This document shows, piece after piece, positions 49,133 through 61,010 of a stretch of 64,000 nt of DNA. Source of the DNA: Gammaproteobacteria bacterium (GTDB taxonomy: Bacteria; Pseudomonadota; Gammaproteobacteria; Tethybacterales; G965206325); contig OZ242208.1 of the NCBI GenBank assembly GCA_965206325.1, positions 294,326 to 358,325 of the forward strand, read 5' to 3'. A program made the position numbers and the translations under genes. Position 1 is the first letter of the stretch. Each line of letters starts with the position of its first letter. The notes beneath the pieces were generated by a model. The model was not told the origin of the DNA, ran no database searches, and was given only the letters and a program-made list of their open reading frames with translations.

Positions 49133-49705
49133 TCAGCCGCGCGCGATAGTGTTGGTGCGGCGGATTTTTTTCTGCAATTGAATAACGCCGTAGAGCAGCG
49201 CTTCCGCCGTCGGCGGGCAGCCCGGCACATAGATGTCCACCGGCACAATGCGGTCGCAGCCGCGCACCACCGAATACGAATAATGGTAGTAGCCGCCGCC
49301 GTTGGCGCAGGAACCCATGGAAATCACCCAGCGCGGATCCGACATTTGATCATAAACCCGCCGCAGCGCCGGCGCCATTTTATTGCACAAAGTGCCGGCG
49401 ACAATCATTACATCCGACTGCCGCGGACTCGGCCGAAAAATAACGCCGAAGCGGTCTAAATCGTAGCGGCTTGCCCCGGCGTGCATCATCTCCACGGCGC
49501 AGCAGGCAAGCCCGAATGTCATCGGCCACATAGATCCGGTTCGCACCCAATTGATGAGTTCATCCAGAGTCGTCGTAACAAAGCCGCGCTGAATGGCGCC
49601 TTTGGCGAGCGTCGTCGCCCTATCGGACGGCATCGGCACGCCCGGGGCAATTTCGCGCGCGGCGATGGGCGAAGTCAATCCCATTCCAATGCCCCCTTTT
49701 TCCAT
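49133..49705 (-). CDS. nuoB: NADH-quinone oxidoreductase subunit B; start approximate
   Basis: CCAVEMM and [10 protein letters not shown]...VPGCPP [4Fe-4S] motifs. Confidence 0.9.
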   Translation of the reverse strand: MEKGGIGMGLTSPIAAREIAPGVPMPSDRATTLAKGAIQRGFVTTTLDELINWVRTGSMWPMTFGLACCAVEMMHAGASRYDLDRFGVIFRPSPRQSDVMIVAGTLCNKMAPALRRVYDQMSDPRWVISMGSCANGGGYYHYSYSVVRGCDRIVPVDIYVPGCPPTAEALLYGVIQLQKKIRRTNTIARG

Positions 49706-50031
49706 TCGTAGACGAATCCGACCACCAGAATGGCCAGAAAAATCATCATGGAGACAAAGCCGAATGTTCCGATTTCGCCGAGCGCGACCGCCCACGGAAA
49801 CAAAAACGCAATCTCCAAATCAAACAGAATAAAGAGAATCGCCACCAGATAGTAGCGCACATCAAATTTCATCCGCGCGTCTTCAAACGCTTCAAAGCCG
49901 CATTCGTAGGGCGCATTTTTGGCGGGATCGGGGCGATGCGGGCCGAGAATCCATCCCGCCATAATCGGCACGACGCCCACCGCTGCGGCAACGCCGAGAA
50001 ACATTAAAATCGGAAAGTATTCCGCCAGCAT
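49675..50031 (-). CDS. nuoA: NADH-quinone oxidoreductase subunit A; start approximate
   Basis: Three TM helices and the NuoA C-terminal motif ...[12 protein letters not shown]. Confidence 0.85.
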   Translation of the reverse strand: MLAEYFPILMFLGVAAAVGVVPIMAGWILGPHRPDPAKNAPYECGFEAFEDARMKFDVRYYLVAILFILFDLEIAFLFPWAVALGEIGTFGFVSMMIFLAILVVGFVYEWKKGALEWD

Positions 50032-50273
50032 CAGACCGCCTTCGGCGACTTGCACCCGTGAATCGCCAGCATAAAACGATAGTGCGAAGACGCCAGCGCG
50101 CCCGCCTGCTGCTCGCCGAATCCGCCCGCGCGAAATTCATCGGCGAGATTCTCCTCCGTTACCGTGTCGCTTTTCATTGCGCAACGATACATCGCATGCG
50201 CGATAGCAGTCGCCTGCCGCTCGTCGAATCCGACGGCGCGCATGTCGTTGTAAATGTCAAGCGTGCCCAGCAT
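50031..50273 (-). pseudogene. DUF1640-like fragment with internal tandem duplication of the N-terminal motif
   Basis: MLGTLDIYNDMRAVGFDERQA... and an internal ...[16 protein letters not shown] repeat; paralogous to the adjacent gene. Confidence 0.3.
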
Positions 50274-50572
50274 CAGCCGAAAAATATCTTGAGAAACATC
50301 GGCACCATCAGCACGATGAAAAGCCCGATGAGGAGATTCAGCTGAAACCGAATCATCTTGAGTTCGGCCCGAATTTCGATGATCGCCCTCTCCACTTTGT
50401 TGAGCCGCAATTCCACATCGTCCGTTTCTTTCTGTATCTTGGCGATTTCGCTTTTCATCGCCGCGACGATTTCTTCCGCAGCGCGGTCCTGCACGGACGC
50501 CAGTGCGCCCGCCTGCTGCTCGCCGAATCCGGCGGCGCGCAAGTCGTTGGCGATTTGAAGCGTGTCCAGCAT
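50273..50572 (-). CDS. DUF1640-family coiled-coil protein with C-terminal TM helix
   Basis: MLDTLQIANDLRAAGFGEQQA N-terminal motif, coiled coil, hydrophobic C-terminus. Confidence 0.5.
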   Translation of the reverse strand: MLDTLQIANDLRAAGFGEQQAGALASVQDRAAEEIVAAMKSEIAKIQKETDDVELRLNKVERAIIEIRAELKMIRFQLNLLIGLFIVLMVPMFLKIFFG

Positions 50573-50786
50573 ATCGCTATTTTACGCCAATTTCATCGCA
50601 ATTGCATCCGCATCCTTTTTCTTTGTCCGCGCCGATGCAGGCCCATTTTCCGCCGCTTTGCCGATGTCTTTCACGCGCCTGCGGACTCGGCCACGGACAA
50701 TAATCGCCCGACGGCAAAACCGCCCTTTTGCCGATTAAATTCGCCGCCGAATGCGGACTATGATTTTTCGCTTTCGTCATCTTTCC

Positions 50787-50870
50787 GGTGCCGATGCCCA
50801 GATTCGAACTGGGACGGGTCGCCCCACTGCCCCCTCAAGACAGCGTGTCTACCAATTTCACCACATCGGC
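50787..50870 (-). tRNA. tRNA-Leu (anticodon GAG), type II with long variable arm; CCA not fully encoded
   Basis: Reverse complement folds as acceptor GCCGATG/CATCGGC, D arm GTG-AAATTGGTAGA-CAC, anticodon stem CTGTC/GGCAG with loop TTGAGGG, 13-nt variable arm, T arm CCCAG-TTCGAAT-CTGGG; secG-tRNA-Leu linkage as in E. coli. Confidence 0.85.
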
Positions 50871-50891
50871 GCATGCGGTTATTTTAATGCC

Positions 50892-51263
50892 TCATTCCGG
50901 AATTTGCGATGCGCCGCCCGATTCCGAATTGGATTCAGCGGGCAATTCCGCCGATGATTCCCCCGCCGTGCCGCCGTCCGGAGCGATAATTTCTTCCGCC
51001 CGCAATTGCTCAATGACTCCCTCTTCCGGACGGTTGCTTTGAATCAGCGTGAGCAAAAGCGCCGTCACAAAAAAAATCGTCGCCAAGGCGGCTGTCGTGC
51101 GCGTAAGAAAATTCGCTCCGCCGCCGCCGCCGCTGAAAAGTCCGCCCGCTGCTCCTCGTCCGAAGCCGGAGCCGAGTTCCGCCCCTTTGCCCTGCTGCAT
51201 TAAAATGACTCCGACCATCAGCAGGGCGGAGATGATGTTTATCGTCAGCAAAACGACCTGCAT
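50892..51263 (-). CDS. secG: preprotein translocase subunit SecG
   Basis: MQVVLLTINIISALLMVGVILMQQGKGA N-terminus and Gly-rich loop. The longer ORF start is rejected. Confidence 0.85.
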   Translation of the reverse strand: MQVVLLTINIISALLMVGVILMQQGKGAELGSGFGRGAAGGLFSGGGGGANFLTRTTAALATIFFVTALLLTLIQSNRPEEGVIEQLRAEEIIAPDGGTAGESSAELPAESNSESGGASQIPE

Positions 51264-51265
51264 TT

Positions 51266-52021
51266 TTATTCTTTCGCAGCCGCCGATGCATGCGCGCAAA
51301 TGGCGGCGAATTCGGCGGCGTCCAGTGATGCTCCGCCCACTAACGCTCCGCCGACTTCCGGCGCGGAAAAAATTTCGCGGGCGTTTTCCGCCGTCACGCT
51401 GCCGCCGTAAATCACCCGAATTTTTTTGCCGACGGCGGAATGCGATGAAATAAATTGATGCGCCGCCGCAATGTCCGAAACCGCCGCCGGTTCGCCCGCT
51501 CCAATCGCCCACACCGGCTCGTAGGCGATGACCGGCGACTTCGGCGGATTTTCGCCGCCCAAGGCGAATTCCAATTGCTTGGCGAGGACGGCTTCGGTTT
51601 GATTATTCTTGCGGTCGCTTGAAGATTCGCCCACGCACAGAATCGGCGTCATTTTGCACGCCTCCGCCAGCCGAACTTTTTTGGCGATGCGCGAATGACT
51701 TTCCTTCATAAAATCCCGACGCTCCGAATGGCCGACAATGACAAAGCGACAGCCGAATTCCACCAGCATCGCCGCCGATACTTCGCCGGTGCGGGGGGCT
51801 TTTTCCCACGCCGCTATATTTTGCGCGCCCAGAAAAATTCCGGAATCGCCCAAAACCTCCGACATTATCGGCAAATGCACAAACGCCGGACACGCTGCCA
51901 CCCGCACATTCTCTAATTTTTCCGCGCGCGCAACGGCGGCGACTTCGCCCGGCCATTTCTTGGCAAGAGCGGAATCGCCGTTCATCTTCCAATTAGCAAC
52001 AATCAAAAAATCGCGGGACAT
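51266..52021 (-). CDS. tpiA: triosephosphate isomerase
   Basis: ANWKMNG, catalytic region motifs, 251 aa. Confidence 0.9.
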   Translation of the reverse strand: MSRDFLIVANWKMNGDSALAKKWPGEVAAVARAEKLENVRVAACPAFVHLPIMSEVLGDSGIFLGAQNIAAWEKAPRTGEVSAAMLVEFGCRFVIVGHSERRDFMKESHSRIAKKVRLAEACKMTPILCVGESSSDRKNNQTEAVLAKQLEFALGGENPPKSPVIAYEPVWAIGAGEPAAVSDIAAAHQFISSHSAVGKKIRVIYGGSVTAENAREIFSAPEVGGALVGGASLDAAEFAAICAHASAAAKE

Positions 52022-52028
52022 TTGCGCA

Positions 52029-53987
52029 TTATACCCGCAAAAGAAAATTTTCGGCGACGGCGGAATCCCTGCACTCTTTCATCGGCGGCAGTGAATTCAA
52101 AATTATTCGGCCGTAATTTTTCGTCAGCAGGCGGGGGTCGCACAAAGCCAGAACGCCCTTGTCGGTGGAATCCCGAATCAGCCGTCCCGCCGCCTGCTTC
52201 ATCAGCATTACGGCGACCGGCAATTGCGTCCGCATAAATGGACTCTCGCCGCGTTTTTTCCACATTTGCTCTCTCGCCCGCATCACCGGATCGTCCGGCG
52301 GAATGAAGGGAATTTTATCCACGACGACCAGCGACAATGCTTCGCCTTTGACATCCACGCCGACCCAAAAAGAATAACTGCCCAGAAGAACCGCCTTTTC
52401 GCGTCGGCGAAATTGCCGCAGCAATTCGGCGGGCGACGAATCGCCCTGCGTCAGAAAATAAAAATCGTCGCCTAAATTTTCCCGCAGAATTTCCGCTCCC
52501 CGACGCATCGCCCGCAAACTGGCAAACAGCAAAAAAGCCCGTCCGCGGCTCGCCCGAATTAATGGCGCGGCCGCTTTTATCACCGCCTGCGTGTGCTCGT
52601 CCGAATTCGGCGGCGGCAAATTCGGCGGCAAAAACAGCAGGGCGTTTTTTTCATAATCAAACGGACTTTGCCATGCAAGGGCGTTAACATCATCCAGACC
52701 GAGCGAGCGGCGGAAATCGTCAAATTCGCCGTCCACCGCCAGCGTCGCCGAAGTGAATATCGCCGCCCGCTCCTCGCCGGCGGCTTCGCGCGAAAAAATT
52801 TCGCCCGCTTCCAGCGGCGATGAATGCAGGGAGATTCCGCTTTTGCGCTGCTCCATCCAGCGGACCGTCCCCGCCGGTTTTTCGCCGCCTTCGGATTCGG
52901 AATCAGAATCGGCGGCGAGCCAGCGCGATAAAATTCCTTTTTCCGCCAAGGCGCGATCGCGGCATCTGGCGAGTCGTTCGGACAAATCCGATTCCCCCCC
53001 CAAAGCGGCGGCGAGCGATTCGGCGGCGTCCAGCAATTCCGCCAGCGACCGGCACAGCGAAGAATTTTGCAAAGCGTCGTTGCGCGGAATTTTTTCGCCC
53101 TCCAAATTTTCCATTTCCGCCGCCGTCTGCGCCGCCGAATTTCCCAGCATTCGCGCCGCCGACTGCAGGGCGATTTTTTCCGGGCAGTCCAATTTGGCGG
53201 CTTTTTCGCAATCGCGCGCCAATCGCGACAACTGCATCGTGGACGCCTGCTCGCCGAAAAATTGAGTCGCCAATTCCGGCAGAAGATGCGCCTCGTCGAA
53301 AATAACCGCATTGCGTCTCGGCAGAATTTCGGCGACGCCTTCGTCGCGCAATCGCAGGTCGGCGAGAAATAAATGATGATTTACCACTACGATGTCGGCC
53401 CGGCGGGCGCGCTCGCGGGCGCGATAAAAAAAGCATTCCTTGTAATGCTCGCATTTCTGTCCGACGCAATTTTCGCGGGTGGAAATAACGGCGTCCCAAA
53501 TTCGCCCTTTCGCCGCGTCCGCTTTGCTGATGTCGCCGTCTTCGGTGCGGCGCGCGAATTGATTCACTTTCGCCAATTGCTTGTCGCCGAAGAATCCGCC
53601 CATCTGATTCGCCTCCTGCAAATGAAGACGGCAGAGATAATTCGCGCGCCCTTTTAAGAGCGCCGCCGACGCCGAAATGCCGAGGGCTTTTCGCATCGCC
53701 GGCAAATCCCGCTGAAACAATTGATCCTGCAATGCGCGCGTGCCGGTGGAAATTAACGCGCTGCCGCCGGACAGCAAAATCGGCGCAAGATAAGCGAATG
53801 TTTTGCCGACGCCCGGCCCCGCTTCCAAGATAATTCGCTTTCGCGAATCCAAAGCCGCCGCCACTTGCTGCGCCATTTCAATTTGCGCCGGACGCGGCTC
53901 ATAGCCCGGCAAAGCGCGCGATAGCGGACCGTCCTTGGCAAAGGCATCCGCCATTTTCGGCGGCGATTTTTTTTCGGCGGCGGTCAT
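52029..53987 (-). CDS. ATP-dependent DNA helicase, DinG/YoaA family
   Basis: Walker A GPGVGKT, DEAH-like box VIFDEAHLL, Fe-S Cys cluster region, helicase C-terminal motifs. Preferred start is an internal ATG at 53987. Confidence 0.8.
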   Translation of the reverse strand: MTAAEKKSPPKMADAFAKDGPLSRALPGYEPRPAQIEMAQQVAAALDSRKRIILEAGPGVGKTFAYLAPILLSGGSALISTGTRALQDQLFQRDLPAMRKALGISASAALLKGRANYLCRLHLQEANQMGGFFGDKQLAKVNQFARRTEDGDISKADAAKGRIWDAVISTRENCVGQKCEHYKECFFYRARERARRADIVVVNHHLFLADLRLRDEGVAEILPRRNAVIFDEAHLLPELATQFFGEQASTMQLSRLARDCEKAAKLDCPEKIALQSAARMLGNSAAQTAAEMENLEGEKIPRNDALQNSSLCRSLAELLDAAESLAAALGGESDLSERLARCRDRALAEKGILSRWLAADSDSESEGGEKPAGTVRWMEQRKSGISLHSSPLEAGEIFSREAAGEERAAIFTSATLAVDGEFDDFRRSLGLDDVNALAWQSPFDYEKNALLFLPPNLPPPNSDEHTQAVIKAAAPLIRASRGRAFLLFASLRAMRRGAEILRENLGDDFYFLTQGDSSPAELLRQFRRREKAVLLGSYSFWVGVDVKGEALSLVVVDKIPFIPPDDPVMRAREQMWKKRGESPFMRTQLPVAVMLMKQAAGRLIRDSTDKGVLALCDPRLLTKNYGRIILNSLPPMKECRDSAVAENFLLRV

Positions 53988-54022
53988 TCGCGCAATTGTA
54001 AAGCAGCCGCTAAAATTGACGA

Positions 54023-56145
<2,123 letters not shown>

Positions 56146-56190
56146 GCATCAAGGCGGGGCAAGCGCAGTGCATTCCGCCTTCTCGGCGGC

Positions 56191-56241
56191 TTGACAAATT
56201 AAAAACAGGAGGTTATAATAAGCGCGAAATGGAAATCACCC
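56191..56241 (+). mobile_element. solo remnant of the IS605-family left end: promoter (TTGACA-17-TATAAT) plus the first 4 codons of tnpB, truncated at a poly-C tract
   Basis: ttgacaaattaaaaacaggaggttataata-gcgcgaaatggaaatcacc matches the reverse complement of 24391-24440 with 2 mismatches. Similarity ends at 56241. Confidence 0.55.
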
Positions 56242-56268
56242 CCCCTCTCTTCCATTTGAGCATTTTTA

Positions 56269-57600
56269 TCATACTGTCAGCAGCAGAAATTTCCGCTCCC
56301 ATGGAGTGACGACTTTGCGGTAATTTTCCAATTCGGTTAATTTCACCGAAACATACAAATCCACAAAGTGACTGCCGAAGTATTCGCGCAGGGCTTGGGA
56401 TTCGCGCAGATTAGTGATGGCGTCTTCAAAGGTTGTCGGCATGCCGGTGGGACGCGGCCAGGAAACCCCCTTAACCTGCGGCGCGGGCGATATTTTATTT
56501 TTAATTCCCAAGTAGCCGCACAGCAGCGAGGCGGCCATCGCCAGATAAGGATTCGCGTCCGCCCCGCAGATTCTATTTTCAATGCGGCGGGAATCCGGGC
56601 TGCCCATTCCGGGCACGCGGAATCCGACTGTGCGATTGTTCACTCCCCAATGCATATTAGCGGTGGGATGCGGGGTTTTAATCCGCCGAAAAGAATTGAT
56701 GTTGGGCAGATAAAGCGCGGCCGCCTCCGGCAGATACTGCTGCAGTCCGCCCAAATAAGCGCGAAAGAAATCGCTCTGGGAGCCGTCGGGGGCGGAAAAG
56801 AGATTGCCGCCGTCGCGGTCCCAAATGCTCTGGTGAATATGAAAGGAGCTGCCCGGTTCGGTTTCCACCGGCTTGGCCATAAAAGTGGCGGTAACGCCGT
56901 GCTTGATGGCGGCTTCGCGGACGCATCTTTTATACATCAGCACTTGGTCGGCCATCGCCAGCGGTTCGCCGTGCTTAAAATTGATTTCAAATTGAGCGAC
57001 GCCTTCTTCGTGAATCAAAGTATCCACTTCCAATTCCTGCGCTTCGGCGAATCGGTAGATATCTTCTATGATCGCTTCAAATTCGTTGATGGCGTCCAAA
57101 CTGAAGGGCTGCCTGCCGAATTCGGGCCGGCCGGTGCGTCCGACCGGAGGGCGAAGGGGATTATCCGGATTATTGTCGCGGGCGGCGAGATAAAATTCCA
57201 ATTCGGGGGCGACTATCGGACGCCACCCTTCCCGCTTGAAAAGCCGCAGAATTCGCCGCAAAACAGTGCGGGGGGCGTAGCGAATTAAATGTCCGCCGCG
57301 CGTGAGGCAGTCGCAGATAATTTGCGCCGACGGCTCCAGCGCCCACGGAATCGGAAAGCAGCCGGCGACATCGGGGCGCAGAATCATATCGGCGTCGGTT
57401 TCGTCCAAAAAATCCTCCTGCAGTCCCCAGTCGCCGGTGACGGTCTGCCCGATAACATTCTCCGGCATGCGCACGGCATCCAGCAGAAATTTATCGGCGG
57501 GAATAATTTTTCCGCGCGGAATGCCGGTGAGGTCGGGAATCAGCACTTCCACTTCCGCGATGCCCCGCGCGCGCAGCCAGTCGGCAACGGCTTTTTTCAT
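56269..57600 (-). CDS. glutamine synthetase family protein (GlnA / gamma-glutamyl-polyamine synthetase-like)
   Basis: GS catalytic-domain motifs (SFHIHQS, NRxxxxR, ANPYLA); 443 aa. Confidence 0.8.
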   Translation of the reverse strand: MKKAVADWLRARGIAEVEVLIPDLTGIPRGKIIPADKFLLDAVRMPENVIGQTVTGDWGLQEDFLDETDADMILRPDVAGCFPIPWALEPSAQIICDCLTRGGHLIRYAPRTVLRRILRLFKREGWRPIVAPELEFYLAARDNNPDNPLRPPVGRTGRPEFGRQPFSLDAINEFEAIIEDIYRFAEAQELEVDTLIHEEGVAQFEINFKHGEPLAMADQVLMYKRCVREAAIKHGVTATFMAKPVETEPGSSFHIHQSIWDRDGGNLFSAPDGSQSDFFRAYLGGLQQYLPEAAALYLPNINSFRRIKTPHPTANMHWGVNNRTVGFRVPGMGSPDSRRIENRICGADANPYLAMAASLLCGYLGIKNKISPAPQVKGVSWPRPTGMPTTFEDAITNLRESQALREYFGSHFVDLYVSVKLTELENYRKVVTPWERKFLLLTV

Positions 57601-57639
57601 CTTGTGATTCTATCAGAAATGCGCTAAAATTAATAGGCG

Positions 57640-57930
57640 ATGATGGAGGACAAGCGCGAAAAATTCCGCGTCGTCGGCGCGGTGCAGAATATCGGCTATC
57701 GCCATTGGGCGGCGACGGCAGCGTCGCGGCTGGCTATTCGCGGCTGGATTAAAAATGAATCCGACGGCAGCGTAACCGCCCTTCTCATCGGCGAATCAGC
57801 GGCGGTGGAAGAAATGGCAGGCGCGCTTCGCCAAGGCCCGCCGCAGGCGCGCGTGCTGGAATCCATCGCCCTCGCATTGGACGGCGACGACCTCCAATTC
57901 AGCGGCGGACAATTTGAAATTCGACAGTGA
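57640..57930 (+). CDS. acyP: acylphosphatase
   Basis: V.G.VQN.GYR and GW..N..DGSV motifs; 96 aa. Confidence 0.8.
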   Translation: MMEDKREKFRVVGAVQNIGYRHWAATAASRLAIRGWIKNESDGSVTALLIGESAAVEEMAGALRQGPPQARVLESIALALDGDDLQFSGGQFEIRQ

Positions 57931-57932
57931 TT

Positions 57933-58955
57933 TTAATTCTTCGCCGCCTTCGCCGTTTCCACCAAAACGGCGATGTTTTCCGGCGGAGTCGACGGCAAAA
58001 CGCCGTGCCCTAAATTAAAGATATAGCCGGAATCGCCGCCTTCGGAAATCACCCGCTTCGTTTCCGCAGCGACGGATTCCGCCGACGCCAGCAAAGCCGC
58101 CGGATCCAAATTTCCCTGCAAGGCGACTTTTCCGCCGATTCGCCGACGCGCGTTTTTGAGATCGGTCTGCCAATCCACGCCGACGGCATCGCAGCCGCAT
58201 TCGGCAATTTCTTCCAGCGATTCGCCCGCCCCGCGCGCGAAAACAATTATCGGCGCATTCGCTGTGCTTTTAATATCGGCGACAATTTGGGCGATTTTCG
58301 GCAGCGCGAATTGCCGAAAAGCCAAAGGCGGCAATGCGCCCGCCCAACTTTCAAAAATCATTAATGCATCGGCGCCGGATTCTAATTGCATTCGCAGATA
58401 ATCGGCGACGGCTTTGGCGTTTATATCCAAGATTCGGCGCATTAAATCAGGGCGGTCGTAGAGCATTTTTCGCGCGCGCAGAAATTCGCCGCCGCGTCCG
58501 TCAATCATATAGCAGGCGAGAGTGAAAGGCGCGCCGGAAAATCCTATCAGCGGCGTTTCGCCGAGCGCGCTTTTGGTTTGGCGGACGGCGTCAAAAACAT
58601 AGCGCAAATTTTCCATCGGCGGAATCGCCAAAGCAGCGGCGGCGGATTCGTCGGCAAGCGGATTCGCAAAGCGCGGGCCTTCGCCCTCAATAAATTCCAA
58701 GCCGAGACCCATCGCATCGGGAATGGTCAGAATGTCGGAAAACAAAATTGCGGCGTCCATGCCGAATCTTTCAATCGGCTGCAGGGCGGCTTCGCAGGCG
58801 AATGCGGGCGTTTTCAGCAGCGACAAAAAACTGCCGGCGCGTTTTCGCAGTGCGCGATATTCCGGCAGCGAGCGGCCGGCCTGCCGCATCAGCCACACCG
58901 GCGGACGCGAAAGCGATTCGCGCCGCAATGCTTTTAATAAAAGAGAATCCGCCAT
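57933..58955 (-). CDS. hemE: uroporphyrinogen decarboxylase
   Basis: PPVWLMRQAGR N-terminal motif; 340 aa. Confidence 0.9.
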   Translation of the reverse strand: MADSLLLKALRRESLSRPPVWLMRQAGRSLPEYRALRKRAGSFLSLLKTPAFACEAALQPIERFGMDAAILFSDILTIPDAMGLGLEFIEGEGPRFANPLADESAAAALAIPPMENLRYVFDAVRQTKSALGETPLIGFSGAPFTLACYMIDGRGGEFLRARKMLYDRPDLMRRILDINAKAVADYLRMQLESGADALMIFESWAGALPPLAFRQFALPKIAQIVADIKSTANAPIIVFARGAGESLEEIAECGCDAVGVDWQTDLKNARRRIGGKVALQGNLDPAALLASAESVAAETKRVISEGGDSGYIFNLGHGVLPSTPPENIAVLVETAKAAKN

Positions 58956-59033
58956 TAAAATTCCGCAGTGTGATGAATTGCCGCCGCCTTTGCAATATAA
59001 AAAAATCCAACTCCCCGGCGGAGCGCATTTGGG

Positions 59034-60092
59034 TTAATCACGGCCGCCCCTGCTAATTGGCGAAGAATTTTCCGCAAATGCGGGGATGATTTCCCTGATG
59101 AATAAATCCAGCGACCGGCGCTTGGCGACGCCGCCGAATCCGCCGTCCAATCCCAAGCAGAATTGATCCACGCCCAGCGATTTGTAACGCTTTAATCGGG
59201 CGATGATTTCGTCCGGATTGCCGACCATGTGAGCGGCGCGAATTTCTTCCAGCGGACGCCCGCCGCCGTCGGCGGAATCGGGAAAGCCCCGCCGCACCGA
59301 GGCGATATTTTGAAAAAGCGTTGCAAAGCGTTTTTCGTATTTGGCCAATGCGCGCGCGCCGTCGGCGATTTCTTTTTCATTTTCGCCGATAAAGGTCTGC
59401 CGCATCATCATTAATCGCGGGCGGGCGGCGGCGGAATTTTCGGCGACCGCCCGGCGAAATTTTTCGGCGAGCGATTCCACTTCGTCGTCGGATTTGCCGA
59501 GCGGAGTCGCCATAACATTGCAGCCGGCGGCGACGGCAAAGCGATGCGTATCCATATCGCGCGCGGCAATCCACAGCGGCGGATGCGGATTCTGCAGGGG
59601 CTTGGGCACGGAAGTTGCGGACGGAAATTTCCAGCATTCGCCGTCGGCGGAAAAATCGCCCTGCCACAATCCCTTCAAGGCGGGAATTAATTCGCGCAGA
59701 TATTTGCCGCCTTCGCCCTGCGGAATGCCGCCCGCCATTCGGTCAAATTCGTATTGATAGGCCCCGCGGGCGATTCCCAATTCCAGACGCCCGCCGCTGA
59801 TAATGTCGGTCAGGGCGGCTTCGCCGGCGAGTTTAATCGGATGCCAGTAAGGAGCGGTGACAATCGCCGTGCCGAGCCGAATTCGCTTGGCTTTTCCCGC
59901 CAGATGCGAAATCAAATTCAGCGGAGCGGGCGACGCCGTAAATTCAATTCCATGATGCTCGGCGAGCCACGCGGCTTCAAATCCGCCGTTTTCCGCCCGC
60001 AAAACGAGGTCGGTCAATTCCGCCAGCAATTCGCTGTGCGGCGGGTCGGCGGGCGAATATCGCTCCATATTGGCGAGGATGGAAAATTTCAT
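59034..60092 (-). CDS. LLM-class (luciferase-like) flavin-dependent oxidoreductase
   Basis: TIM-barrel LLM pattern (WLAEHH, ...); 352 aa. Confidence 0.75.
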   Translation of the reverse strand: MKFSILANMERYSPADPPHSELLAELTDLVLRAENGGFEAAWLAEHHGIEFTASPAPLNLISHLAGKAKRIRLGTAIVTAPYWHPIKLAGEAALTDIISGGRLELGIARGAYQYEFDRMAGGIPQGEGGKYLRELIPALKGLWQGDFSADGECWKFPSATSVPKPLQNPHPPLWIAARDMDTHRFAVAAGCNVMATPLGKSDDEVESLAEKFRRAVAENSAAARPRLMMMRQTFIGENEKEIADGARALAKYEKRFATLFQNIASVRRGFPDSADGGGRPLEEIRAAHMVGNPDEIIARLKRYKSLGVDQFCLGLDGGFGGVAKRRSLDLFIREIIPAFAENSSPISRGGRD

Positions 60093-60116
60093 TTTTCGCT
60101 TTTCGCTTTTCGCTTT

Positions 60117-61010
60117 TTATTTTGCCAGCGAACGAATGTCGCCGCTTTCGTAGCCGCCCGCGTAAACGCCGAATTTCGCCCCGTCGCGCTCGCGCAAATA
60201 GCGGGACAGCATTGAACGCTCGGCGGAATCCATTTGCATCCATGGAATTTTGTCGGCGGAAAAAAAATGCGCGCCGCTTTGGGATTTTATCCCGCGCGAT
60301 TCGCCCCGATAAAAAACGCTGACGCCGCCCCCGGCGTTTTCAAAAACCGCAAATAAAAATTCCAGCCGCGCCGCCGCGCCGAATTTATCCAGAGTCGCCG
60401 ACAATTCATCCCGCCGATTCGCCGTCGGCAGAGCGATTGAACCGCCTTTTTCCATCAGCAGAATTTCGCCGATTTCGTTTTCCACAATCGCGCCGACAAC
60501 CGCCGTCGCGCCGACCGCTTCGCGAGTCAAAGTCGGCGAGAAAAATCGCCCGCGAAAAAATCCCAGCGGGGGGCGCGAATCGGCGGAAAAATCCCGCACC
60601 CGCCCGACCAGAATTAAATGGTCGCCGCCGTCAAATTTATCGCGCATTTCGCAGTCCAGCCAAGCGGCGGCATTTTGCAGAATCGCTCCGCCGAATCCTT
60701 CCCGCCATTTGCCGTGGGCGAATCGATCGCCGCTGCGCGCGGAAAAAACGGCGGCAAGGTCGCCTTGATTTTCGGCGAGAACGCTCACCGCAAATCCGCC
60801 GCCATCAGCGAATGCGGAAAATCCGCCCGCCCGCCGCCCAATGCAAACCGACACCAGCGGCGGCGACAGCGAAACGGATGAAAATGAATTCGCCGTCATT
60901 CCGCGATTTTCGCCGTCCGCCGTCCGCGTCGTGACGATGGTAACGCCGGTCATAAAACTGCCCAAAGCGTCGCGCAATTGCAAATCCGGCGGCGGCGATT
61001 CGGCGGTCAT
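60117..61010 (-). CDS. flavin reductase-domain protein with C-terminal extension
   Basis: HpaC-like flavin reductase motifs (GSFMTGVTIVTT...ANSFSSVSLSPPLVSVC). Confidence 0.65.
   Translation of the reverse strand: MTAESPPPDLQLRDALGSFMTGVTIVTTRTADGENRGMTANSFSSVSLSPPLVSVCIGRRAGGFSAFADGGGFAVSVLAENQGDLAAVFSARSGDRFAHGKWREGFGGAILQNAAAWLDCEMRDKFDGGDHLILVGRVRDFSADSRPPLGFFRGRFFSPTLTREAVGATAVVGAIVENEIGEILLMEKGGSIALPTANRRDELSATLDKFGAAARLEFLFAVFENAGGGVSVFYRGESRGIKSQSGAHFFSADKIPWMQMDSAERSMLSRYLRERDGAKFGVYAGGYESGDIRSLAK

Noticed and set aside
46777-49248. Longest-ORF start of the nuo-embedded membrane protein
   Set aside because: Would overlap nuoB by 115 nt. Trimmed to the internal ATG at 49125.
52580-53311. 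243-aa Arg/Trp-rich minus-strand ORF and several plus-strand ORFs inside the helicase gene
   Set aside because: Alternative-frame artefacts of GC-rich coding sequence.
60094-60116. TTTTCGC x3 tandem heptamer after the LLM oxidoreductase gene
   Set aside because: Short and likely an incidental T-rich terminator region.
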